A stretch of DNA of 64,000 bases, taken from the NCBI GenBank assembly GCA_963701085.1, contig OY969561.1, positions 352,001 to 416,000 on the forward strand, read 5' to 3'. This stretch comes from an uncultured bacterium. Its GTDB lineage: Bacteria; Babelota; Babeliae; Babelales; Vermiphilaceae. Shown piece by piece: positions 39,101 through 50,073 of the stretch. The position numbers and the translations under genes were made by a program. Below the pieces are notes generated by a model. It made no database searches and was not told the DNA's origin. It saw only the letters and a list, made by a program, of their open reading frames with translations. Each line of letters opens with the position of its first letter. The stretch's first letter is position 1.

Positions 39101-42100
39101 TTAAGGCTGCAGTTATAGTGCCGGCAGCAAAATTGCCTGATCCATCACGAACAACAATATCACCTGCAATGTTGGAGCTGGAAATAGTTGCTAAATTTGC
39201 ATTAGCAATTGTCGCATTTGCTATGCTTGCTCCCGTAATTGTTGCTGCTGTTATATCAGCATTAACGATTAATGAACTTGATAATAATCCTGCTACGCTA
39301 TTGTGAACTACGCCTGCGGTACTGAATGCATCAATGGTAACACCAGAAGAACTGATATTCATACGCTCAACACCACTTGTATCGAACGATAATGTATTTG
39401 CAGTTGCAGCTGAAATACCAGTGTTAGTACTTCCGGTAAACTGAATTGATGGAGCAGCAGCAGTACCCGCTGGATGAGTTAATGTTCCGCTCATAGTATC
39501 ACCAGCCTTGAGAACGTTTAATGAAGCACTTCCGGTTACGTTACCAGTGACATTGCCAGTTAAGTTTGCAGTGATTGTGCCAGCAGAGAAATTACCTGAT
39601 GCATCACGTTTTACAATAGTACTTGCAGTGTTTGCATTTGTTGCAGCATTGGCAAGTACCGTAGCCGCAGCAACATTAGCTGCAGTTTGACCACCAACAG
39701 TACTGACAACTGTTGCTCCTTGTGTTCCCGTAACATCACCAACCAATGATCCAGGAAATTAGTTGCAGTTGTTGCATTACCACTCAATGCCGCTGTAATA
39801 GTGCCAGCAGAGAAATTACCTGATCCATCACGAACAACAATATCACCAGCAATATTTGAACTTGAAATGGTTGCTAAGTTTGCATTAGCAATTGTTGCGT
39901 TTGCTATGCTTGCGCCGGTAATTGTTGCTGCTGTTATATCAGCATTAACAATTAATGAACTTGATAAATTTCCTGATGCATCATTATGGACAACACCAGC
40001 AGCAGTAAATGCATCGATAGAAATAGCACCACCAGAAGCAATTTTCATGCGTTCCAAGGCATTGGTACTGAATGACAATGCACCAGTATTAGTTGATAAT
40101 CCAGCAGTTGTACTACCAGTAAAGGTGAGTGATGGTGCTGCGGTTGTTCCTGCTGGTAGCTGTAAGGTTCCCGTCATGATATCACCAGCTTTAAGTACGT
40201 TGAGCGATGCGCTTCCTGTAACATTACCAATAAGAGCAGCACTTATTGTACCCGCAGAGAAGTTACCGGATGAGTCGCGTTTTACAAGGGTACTTACGGT
40301 ATTAAGATTGGTTGCAGCATCAACAGTTGCCGTTGCAGCAGCAACATCGGTAGCAGTTTTTCCACCAACCAAACTAACAACGGTCGCGCTTTGTGTGCCA
40401 GTGACATCGCCAACCAATGATCCAGAGAAATTGGTAGCGTTTGTGGCAGTTGTTGCTGTTGTTGCGTTACCGCTTAAATTTGCCGTAATTGTACCTGCAG
40501 AAAAATTACCTGATCCATCACGAACGACAATATAATTTGCATTATTAGCGCTTGAAACAGTTGCTAAACTTCCATTGGTTATTGTACCAGCGGTGATATC
40601 AGCATTCACAATTAATGAACTTGATAGTAATCCTGCTGCGCTATTGTGAACCACGCCAGCGGTACTAAATGCATCAATGGTAACACCTGAAGAACTAACA
40701 TTCATAATTTCGATGCCGTTAGCATCGAATGAAAGTGTATTTGCAGTTGCGGCAGAAATACCAGTATTGGTACTTCCGGTAAATTGCAGTGATGGAGTAG
40801 CGGCGCTTTCTGCCGGGAGTACCAGAATTCCCGTCATAGTGCCACCGGCTAGAGGAAGATCAAGCGATGCGCCACCAGTAACGGTACCAGTTAAGTTTGC
40901 AGTGATAGTACCTGCAGAGAAGTTGCCTGATCCATCACGCTTAACTATGGTACTGACGGTATTAGCACTTGTTGCAGCATTGGCAAGCACGGTAGCAGCA
41001 GCAACATTACTTGCAGACTGTCCACCAACCAAACTAACAACGGTGGCCCCTTGCGTTCCGATGACATCACCAGAAAGAGATCCACTAAAATTGGTTGCCG
41101 TTGTAGCAGTCGTTGCATTACCACTTAAAGCTGCAGTAATGGTGCCAGCAGAGAAATTACCTGATCCATCACGGGCAACAATGGTGCTTGCAGTATTAGC
41201 ATCTGTTGCATTTGTTGAGAGCGATACATCATTTGTATCATTGGTAATAATTGTATAGGCATCACCTTCAAGAAGTGTTTTAAAATTAAGCGTTACACCT
41301 GTTTTTCCTTGATAAATAAGCCCCGTTCCTGTGCCAACATTTGCTCCCGTCGTTGTACTTGGCAAACTAAATTCTGCAAATGTTATAGTATTTGTACCAA
41401 TAATTGCCGCTGGCGTATTACATAACCAGCTTGATCCAGCATTTACAGAACCTGAAGTTATGAGAACATATGCCTCACCTGCTGGTGTACCAAGAGCCCA
41501 GTCCGTAGGGTATGTCCACGCACCAGTGGTGTTAGCAAGCCAAATGCCATTGTATATTTGATTTGTTTGACCAACAAGAAGAACACGATCACCTGTAGAA
41601 ACTACTACACTATCAATAGTTTGAGCTCCTGATGGTGGTGAGCCAATATCAGAAGTGGCAACAACGACTGCAGGAGTTTTCGCCACAAGTCCAGTGGATA
41701 CCGCTGCATCAACATAAGCTTTTGTTGCAGCATCAGTTGCATTAGTAACGGTGCCGGTAATGGTAATTTCATTCGCTGAAAAATTACCACTATTATTAAG
41801 CACTACAATAGATCCTGTTTGACCAGTACTTGAAATGGTTGCTAATTTTGCATTGCTTATTGTTGCGTTTGTAATATCACTATTAACAATTAATGAACTT
41901 GATATAAGACCTGAACTATTATTATGAAGAACACCAGCGGTACCAAATGGTGTAATGGTGAATGAATTACTAATTACTTCATCAGTAACACTTATTAAGC
42001 CAGCAGAAAAACCACCAGATGCAGTGCGTTTAACAATTGTACTGGCTGTATTAGCACTTGTTGCAGCATTAGCAAGTACGGTTGCAGCAGCAACAGCAGA

Positions 42101-45100
42101 TGCTGTTTGTCCACCAACAAGGCTGACAACTGTTGCTCCTTGAGTTCCGGTGACATCGCCAACTAATGATCCATTAAAATTGGTTGCCGTTGTAGCGGTT
42201 GTTGCATTACCACTTAAAGTCGCGGTGATGGTGCCAGCAGAAAAATTACCTGATCCATCACGTGCAACAATTGCATTTATTGTATTAGCACTTGTTGCGG
42301 TTGTTGCAGAATTTAATACTTTACCAGCGGTGCTAATTGGATTAAGTTTATTATCGGTGATTGCAGCAGATGCACTAATATCAGCATTAACAATTAATGA
42401 ACTTAATAAATTGCCTGATGTATCATTATGTACAATACCTGCAGTACCCGCTAAACCATCAATAGAAACAACACCAGCGGCACTTATTTTCATAGCTTCT
42501 GCTGCATTAGTGCTGAATGACAGTGCGCCAGCATTGGCGGATAATCCGGTCGTTGTACTTCCCGTAAACACGAGTGAAGGTAATGCAGTTGTGCCTGCTG
42601 GAAGTTGTAATGTTCCGGTCATAGTATCGCCAGCTTTTGCAACTTTGCTATTGATCTGTGTTTGCACTGCAGATGTTACACCTGATAAATAACTGAGCTC
42701 AGTGTTGGTAACAACACTTGAGATAAGTTCATTGGTACTTGGATCAGTTTCAACAACTCTCCCTGTTGTTAATGTGCCAACAATAAGATTGTTATCTGTT
42801 TTTAAAACACCTGCTGCGCTTCTATACAGATTGGTATCAGCATCAAAAACAATTTTAGTTCCTGCGGTTGGTAATTGTAAGAGGTTATTGACACCATCAA
42901 GTTGCATCACTGTATATTCTGAGATTGCTGATTGACCAACAACATCACTATTTTGGTAGCTGAATGAAAGTTGTGCGGTCGATGCATTTTTATTAATGTC
43001 CCACCCGCGTAGGGCAGAAGTTCCACCAACAGGAGAACCGGTATCAGAAACTAGGCGCACACCCGCAATTTTGGTGCGATCAGTTGTTACTGATGTAAGA
43101 TCAGTGTTATTAGGAGATAAAGAATATAACGATGTTGGACTACCATAAATATTTTCAAAACCAAGCCCTTCTGTTGAATATAGTGATGATTTATAGTTAA
43201 GTCCTGGATGATTTGTAGGACTAATAGCTACTTGAACTAAGCTGGTGTTTTTATTTGCTGTTGAACCAATAGTAAGAGCACCGTTATCATCAAGATCAAA
43301 AAATGCCAATTCAACATTAGTAGCATCATTAATACTAATGGTTGAGCTTGATGCAGTTGATGCATTAAAATGAAGCGTTGATGTACCTTCTTGTATGATA
43401 TCGTTGGTGCAATTACGAATAATAAGCCCCGATGCGGTAAGTGTTGTTGATGACGTATCTAATGAAGTACCAATCTGTATACCCGTGGTATAATTATGCA
43501 TAACGCCGCCAGTTATATTCACCGTGCCATTGCCGGAAGTTAATATACCTATACCTTCTGTCGAACCAATAACACTTGCTCCACTGAATTCACAACTAAT
43601 TATTTCAGCAACGGTTCCTGCACCACTCACTTGTATATCTATATCTGATGAGTTATTTGTTAATTCAAATGTACAACCAGAAAGCGTTAGATGTGATGCG
43701 CCATTTTGTACAATATCATATTCATTAAGCCTACAATTAACGCTATTGATAGTAACATTTGCATTGCTTGTTATAGTAGCACCCGTTGTGCATAAACCAA
43801 TGACGCCTCCCGTGAATACAACACTCGAAGCTGCTCCTGTTACGCTCATACCAGTATTTGCTGGTGGTCCTGTTATTACTGATGTACCAAAAATAGTACT
43901 ACTGTTACATTCAACGCGTGTGTTATTAATATCAAGTGCTGTGCCGTTATTAACAAAGAAACAGGTAGCAAAGCCATAAGATTGCGTTGCTCCTCCTGCA
44001 CAGCTTACGCCAACAAGAAAATTAAATACGCGAACATCATTTAATACGGTCAAAGTTCCCGCGGTCAGAGAAATACCTGTTGCCAATGGTGAAGATGATT
44101 GGAATGTTATGTCAGCAATGCGCACCGTATTGTTTATCACCAGAAGGTTGTTTGCCGGTGTATTGGGCATAATGAGTACGCTACTTGCCGATTCCCCTAC
44201 AATAGAAATTCCATCAGTTGTTATGGTGAGTGGAGCACTACTATTATCTTCGGTATAAATACCAGCGCTTATAACAATGCATACGGGATTAAAATCAGTT
44301 GCGAGCGAGTTTGCCACATTAATTGCTTTAGCAAGACTCGCGTACGGCGCATCAAATGAACCATTTCCCGTAACATCATTACCATATTTAGTAACATAAA
44401 TAGTTTCACTGGTTGCAGGAGGAACTGATCCTCCTGTGGTAACCCACTGTAAGTTAGTAGGAGCAATACTATTTGCTTGTAAATATTGAGAAGCTGTTGG
44501 CACTGTTGAGGGCAATGAAACGGTATAACTTACCGGAACAGACGCTGGTGCTTGAATACCAACATATCCTGGTCCTGGATCTAGAAATCGAAGAAATCCA
44601 TTAATAATTTCATCATTCACTGATAACGTGCTACTGACTGATTCATCGACAACTGATAGATTGATTACACATAAGCTAGCTATGCAATCTGCTACTGACA
44701 AGTTGGTAATTGTTGCATTCGTAATAATTGAATCAGTAGAAGAAAAGTTAGTTGCGGTTAATTGTGCAACAACTGAGGATACTGAACCAGTAGCACCCGT
44801 AGCGCCGATGGCACCAGTAGAACCAGTTACTCCCGTAGCACCTGTTGGGCCCGTTGCGCCAATTGTTCCTGCACCAGTGGCTCCTATAGCTCCCGTATTA
44901 CCCGTTGCACCAGTTACTCCTATCGTTCCCGCGCCAGTGGCACCAATAGCTCCTGTTGCGCCTGTACTACCAGTTGCACCTGTTGGACCTGTTGCCCCGG
45001 TTGTTCCACCACCAGATCCCCCTGGACCAGTAGCTCCGGTTGCACCCGTAGGCCCGGCAATGCCCGTTATGCCGATCACTGATCCACTAATTACTAAATC

Positions 45101-45786
45101 AACAACAGAAAGATTCTCAACGCATAAATTGTTTATGCAATCTTTTACAACTAAATCAGTTACCGAAAGAGTCTCTTTAACAGTAACACCCTTTTTAAAT
45201 TTTGCTGACTTGCCTACTTTTAATTTACCAAGAACATGTATTCCTTCTTTTGTTAATACATGTTTTTGAAATGTAGCTTTACCAAGAACATTAATATTTG
45301 CATCAATAACTTCCATTGGTTGTCGCATTAATGAGCCATTGGTAACATTATCTATTATTTCATCAAGATTTGTCGCTATTTTTTCTGCATATGCGGTATC
45401 AAGTTTGGCATAATTTTTTTGTAAAAAAGTTTCGGCATATTCAAGCGTTTCAATCACCGCATCATATTCCGCACAAGAAAATCCATTTTCAATATATTTG
45501 CGTAATTCATGCAATGGTGAATAATTATTTTCATCCAAATCACTCAACAAGAACACTATTTCTGCAATATTGCTCCACTCTTTGTTGAGATCTATATATA
45601 CAACATCAGAGCTTTGGGCAATAATATCTGCTTCAATTGTTGAAATTTGTGCAAGTGATTTGTTGTGCTCATTGCAGACCTGTCCGCCATAGCTTCAGCG
45701 ACGGCGGATAATGGCAGCGGTGCAACTAACAGAGCAAAAGATAAAATAAAAGAACAATAACGGGATAAATGTTTTATATGTTTCAT
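36141..45786 (-). CDS. Giant fibre protein F6 (about 3215 aa after correcting two 1-nt deletions at about 45660 and 39755): collagen-like tract, pectin-lyase-like beta-helix, phage-fibre module, repeats, S74 chaperone
   Basis: ORFs 45592-45786, 39611-45556 and 36141-39746 join if one base is added at each site (ccaggaaatt versus paralogous ccagagaaatt at 40422); corrected length 9648 nt is divisible by 3. Confidence 0.82.
44785..45075 (-). repeat. Collagen-like (G-x-T)n tract in F6
   Basis: [16 protein letters not shown]...[25 protein letters not shown]. Confidence 0.85.
45679..45708. repeat. 30-bp palindromic element inserted in frame in F6
   Basis: cctgtccgccatagcttcagcgacggcgga (tccgcc/ggcgga stem); encodes [10 protein letters not shown] between PLPL and SAM. 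Confidence 0.65.
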
Positions 45787-45829
45787 AAAAAAAGACCTTT
45801 TTTTAATACAATATTTTTGTTGTAACCAT

Positions 45830-45864
45830 AAAAAAAAGCCCCGCAGTTAAGCAAGGCTTTTTTT
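45830..45864 (-). terminator. Intrinsic terminator after F7
   Basis: aaaaaaagcc..gc-agttaa-gc..ggcttttttt (G-U pairs on the minus-strand transcript). Confidence 0.55.
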
Positions 45865-45886
45865 ATTATCGAATTATTATGCATTG

Positions 45887-48800
45887 TTATGCAGTTTCCA
45901 GCACTTTTATACGGTGAGTAAATTCTTGCAGCTGTGCTCGCAAACTATCAATTGCTTCATTCATTGTCTCAACCGTTATCGTAAGATTTTCAATGGTTGT
46001 TTGTTGTTTTTTCATTTCATTTAATAAAAGCACTGGCAACACATGATACAGAACTGTTTCTACTTCACCATCTTTATTTCTTGCTACAATGCCAGGAAAT
46101 AGTTCATCAACTTCTTCTGCAATTAAACCGTACTGTTTTGTTTCTGTTGCATCGCTATTATACACAAATGTCACGGGACGCAAATCAAGAATATGTGCTG
46201 ATTCATTATTCATATCTTGAATAGCATGCTTTACTTTTCTTGTTGAAGTGTTAACACCAAGTTGACCTGTGCCGGTAACAAGGACTGCGGGAACAGCACC
46301 AACGTTAACACCAGTAATGTTAGCAATTCGCGTAGTATTGCTTTCACCTGCGGTAGCAGCACTAAGACCAATATAAATATTACCACTTCCTGTGGTAACC
46401 GTTCCTCCTGCACTGAAACCAATTGCAATATTGTTGCCTCCTGTTGTAACGCTTAGAAGTGCGGAATTACCAACTGCCACATTATCAGCTGATGTGCTTG
46501 CCTGAAGTGCGTGAGCACCAATCGCCGTATTAGCTGCTCCCGTTGTATTCGCAAGTAATGCATCATAACCAACCGCCACATTACCATTCCCAGTTAGAAT
46601 TGCAGCCAATGTACTATATCCAACAGCTGTGTTATTTTGACCTATTGTGTTCACTGTTAATGCATTATAGCCAACAGCGGTGTTTCCATTGCCAGTTGTA
46701 TTTGCTGCAAGTGCACCTGAACCAACGGCAGTACTAAAGCTTGTTCCGGTTGCATTAGCAGCAAGAGCGTTATAACCGATTGCAGTATTATCAGTACCTG
46801 TTGTGTTTGCATTTAATGCATTGTAGCCAAGTGCTGTATTATTAATCCCTATTGTATTGTGACTCAGAGCAGCACTACCAACTGCAGTATTATCGATACC
46901 TGTTGTGTTTGCATTTAATGCAAACCACCCAACAGCAGTACTATCAGTACCCACTGTGTTTGTAGCAAGTGCACCAGCACCAACTGCAGTATTATCAATG
47001 CCGGTTGTGTTTGCCTGAAGTGCTGTTGAACCAACGGCAGTATTTGCATTCACTGTGTTAACTCCTAATGCATTATAACCAAGTGCAGTATTATTTATAC
47101 CTGTTGCATTTGTAGCCAATGCACTATATCCAACACCAGTATTAAATATTCCAGTTGTGTTTGCAGCTAACGCACTTGAACCAACAGCGGTACTGCCACT
47201 TGTTCCCGTTGCGTTTGCAGCAAGAGCGTTATAACCAATTGCGGTATTATCGGTACCTGTTGTGCTCACAAGTAATGCATCATAACCAAGTGCAGTATTG
47301 TGAATACCAACGGTATTTGCAGCCAATGCACTATATCCAACAGCAGCGTTATTTGTTCCGGTTGTATTTGCCGCTAATGCACTTGAACCCACAGCGGTAT
47401 TAAAGCTTGTTCCTGTTGCGTTAGCAGCAAGAGCGTTATAACCAATTGCGGTATTATCAGTACCTGTTGTACTTACAAGTAATGCATCATAGCCAAGTGC
47501 GGTGTTATGAGTTCCAACAGTATTTGCAGCGAGTGCACTTTTCCCAACAGCGGTGTTATTTGTTCCGGTTGTGTTTGCCGCCAATGCGCTACTTCCCATA
47601 GCAGTATTGTTACTTGTTCCCGTTGCGTTTGCAGCAAGAGCGTTATAACCAATTGCAGTATTATCAGTACCGGTTGTACTAACAGCCAATGCATTGTAGC
47701 CAAGCGCAGTGTTATCAACACCAACCGTGTTTGCAGCCAATGTACTTTTCCCTACAGCGGTATTAAAAGTTCCGGTAGTGTTTGCAGCCAATGCACTTGA
47801 ACCAACAGCAGTATTATTACTTGTTCCGGTTGCATTTGCAGCAAGAGCGTTATAGCCAATTGCAGTATTATCAGTGCCTGTTGTACTCACAAGTAATGCA
47901 TCATAACCAAGTGCGGTGTTATGATTTCCAACAGTATTTGCAGCTAATGAACTATATCCAACAGCGGTGTTATTTGTTCCGGTTGTGTTTACAGCTAATG
48001 CACTTGAACCAACAGCGGTATTAAAGCTTGTTCCGGTTGCATTTGCAGCGAGTGCGTTATAACCAATTGCAGTATTATCAGTACCGGTTGTGCTCACAGC
48101 CAATGCATTGTAGCCAAGTGCAGTGTTATCAACACCAACAGTGTTTGCTTTAAGAGCTTGATAACCAAGTGCAACGTTATTTGTTCCGGTTGTGTTTGCC
48201 GCTAATGCACTTGAACCAACAGCGGTATTAAAGCTTGTTCCGGTTGCATTTGCAGCGAGTGCGTTATAACCAATTGCAGTATTATCAGTACCTGTTGTAC
48301 TAACAGCCAATGCATTGTAGCCAAGTGCAGTATTATTAATACCAACAGTGTTTGCAGCAAGTGTACTATATCCAATAGCGGTGTTAAATGTCCCTGTACC
48401 ATTTGCCGTTAATGCACTAGCGCCAATACCAGTATTGGCACCTGAACCACTTGTAGTAAAGTTACCCGCACTAATCCCAACAAATGTGTTATTTGTTCCA
48501 AAATCATGAATAAACCTACTTGATCCTTTTAATATATTGCCCGTAGTTGATGTACTTGGTTCGGCACTTAGGATAAGATTTCCGCTATGAACACCATCAG
48601 TCATACTGATAATTGAGGCAGCAAAGTTTCCCGATGCATCGCGTTTTACAATAGTGCTTGCAGTGTTTGCATTTGTTGCAGCATTTGCAAGTAATGTTGC
48701 AGCAGCAACATTGGCAGCAGTTTGACCGCCAACAGAGCTTACTACCGTTGCTCCTTGTGTGCCCGTTACGTCGCCAACCAATGAACCAGAAAAACTTGTA

Positions 48801-49948
48801 GCGGTAGTAGCGGTTGTTGCATTACCGCTGAGTGCAGCGGTAATTGTGCCTGCAGAGAAGTTACCCGATGAATCACGAGCAACAATATAGCTTGCATTAT
48901 TAGCACTTGAAACAGTTGCTAAACTTGCATTAGTAATCGTACTTGCAGTGATGTCAGCATTAACAATTAATGAACTTGATAATAATCCTGCTGCACTATT
49001 GTGAACTACACCAGCGGTACTGAATGCATCAATAGTGACACCAGAAGAACTAATATTCATACGCTCAACACCACTTGTATCGAAAGATAGCGTGTTTGCC
49101 GTTGCCGCAGATAATCCAGTGTTGGTGCTGCCAGTGAATTGAATTGATGGAGCAGCTGCGGTTCCTGCTGGATGAGTAAGAGTTCCTGTCATAGTATCGC
49201 CAGCTTTGAGAACATTGAGCGATGCGCCACCAGTCACTGTGCCAGTTAAGTTTGCAGTAATAGTTCCGGCAGCAAAGTTACCTGATCCATCACGAGCAAC
49301 AATATAGCTTGCATTATTAGCACTCGAAACAGTTGCTAAGCTTGCATTAGTAATTGTCGAGGCAGTGATGTCAGCATTGACAATTAATGAGCTTGATACA
49401 TTTCCTGAACTATCATTGTGAAGAACGCCCGCTGTACTAAATGGACCAATTTGAAAACTTCCCATAATAATTTCATCATTAACTGATAGTAAACCATTAA
49501 CCACCGCAATATTTGTATACGGTCCCTTGAGTAATCCATTTAAAAATTTTTGAGCTATTACTTCAAGATCATCATAGAGTTGTTGTGCGTGTAATTGATC
49601 ACGATGTGAATAATTTTTTTGCAAAATTATTTCGGCATGATGAAGCGCTTGAGCAACTGCATCGTGTTCTGCCACCAAGAAACCATTTTCAATATGGGTC
49701 TTTAGTTGGTGCAGCGGTGAAGTGTTATCATCATCCAGGGAACTGACTGTTACAACAAAATCAACAATAGGAGAAAGTTCCTTACCAAGGTAAATAAAAG
49801 AATTTAAACAATAATAATCTAAAGAAAAATCTTCAAATTTCTCTATTGTTTCCATATCATGCGCAATTATTGATGCTTGCAGTGGTGCGATTAACAGGGA
49901 AAACGATAATAATAAGTTAAAGAAACGAGAATAACGTATACAGTTCAT
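45887..49948 (-). CDS. Fibre protein F7 (1353 aa) with S74 chaperone
   Basis: Signal peptide (..IAPLQA); N-domain [23 protein letters not shown] repeats; 17-aa repeats; STRKVKHAI...YGLIAEEV. Confidence 0.88.
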   Translation of the reverse strand: MNCIRYSRFFNLLLSFSLLIAPLQASIIAHDMETIEKFEDFSLDYYCLNSFIYLGKELSPIVDFVVTVSSLDDDNTSPLHQLKTHIENGFLVAEHDAVAQALHHAEIILQKNYSHRDQLHAQQLYDDLEVIAQKFLNGLLKGPYTNIAVVNGLLSVNDEIIMGSFQIGPFSTAGVLHNDSSGNVSSSLIVNADITASTITNASLATVSSANNASYIVARDGSGNFAAGTITANLTGTVTGGASLNVLKAGDTMTGTLTHPAGTAAAPSIQFTGSTNTGLSAATANTLSFDTSGVERMNISSSGVTIDAFSTAGVVHNSAAGLLSSSLIVNADITASTITNASLATVSSANNASYIVARDSSGNFSAGTITAALSGNATTATTATSFSGSLVGDVTGTQGATVVSSVGGQTAANVAAATLLANAATNANTASTIVKRDASGNFAASIISMTDGVHSGNLILSAEPSTSTTGNILKGSSRFIHDFGTNNTFVGISAGNFTTSGSGANTGIGASALTANGTGTFNTAIGYSTLAANTVGINNTALGYNALAVSTTGTDNTAIGYNALAANATGTSFNTAVGSSALAANTTGTNNVALGYQALKANTVGVDNTALGYNALAVSTTGTDNTAIGYNALAANATGTSFNTAVGSSALAVNTTGTNNTAVGYSSLAANTVGNHNTALGYDALLVSTTGTDNTAIGYNALAANATGTSNNTAVGSSALAANTTGTFNTAVGKSTLAANTVGVDNTALGYNALAVSTTGTDNTAIGYNALAANATGTSNNTAMGSSALAANTTGTNNTAVGKSALAANTVGTHNTALGYDALLVSTTGTDNTAIGYNALAANATGTSFNTAVGSSALAANTTGTNNAAVGYSALAANTVGIHNTALGYDALLVSTTGTDNTAIGYNALAANATGTSGSTAVGSSALAANTTGIFNTGVGYSALATNATGINNTALGYNALGVNTVNANTAVGSTALQANTTGIDNTAVGAGALATNTVGTDSTAVGWFALNANTTGIDNTAVGSAALSHNTIGINNTALGYNALNANTTGTDNTAIGYNALAANATGTSFSTAVGSGALAANTTGNGNTAVGYNALTVNTIGQNNTAVGYSTLAAILTGNGNVAVGYDALLANTTGAANTAIGAHALQASTSADNVAVGNSALLSVTTGGNNIAIGFSAGGTVTTGSGNIYIGLSAATAGESNTTRIANITGVNVGAVPAVLVTGTGQLGVNTSTRKVKHAIQDMNNESAHILDLRPVTFVYNSDATETKQYGLIAEEVDELFPGIVARNKDGEVETVLYHVLPVLLLNEMKKQQTTIENLTITVETMNEAIDSLRAQLQEFTHRIKVLETA
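47130..48380 (-). repeat. 207-bp (69-aa) higher-order tandem repeat in F7
   Basis: acaagtaatgcatcata recurs at about 47268, 47475 and 47889 (multiples of 207). Confidence 0.8.
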
Positions 49949-50005
49949 ATAAAATCCTTTATCAAAAAAAAAGAATGCGCATATAAGTAATTGAGTCTAA
50001 TACAA

Positions 50006-50041
50006 GCAAAAAGACCCTTGATCAATCAAGAGTCTTTTTGC
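50006..50041 (-). terminator. Intrinsic terminator after F8
   Basis: gcaaaaagacccttgat-ca-atcaagagtctttttgc. Confidence 0.7.
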
Positions 50042-50073
50042 CTTTGTCTAAAAATATTTTTTATGTATTGTTT

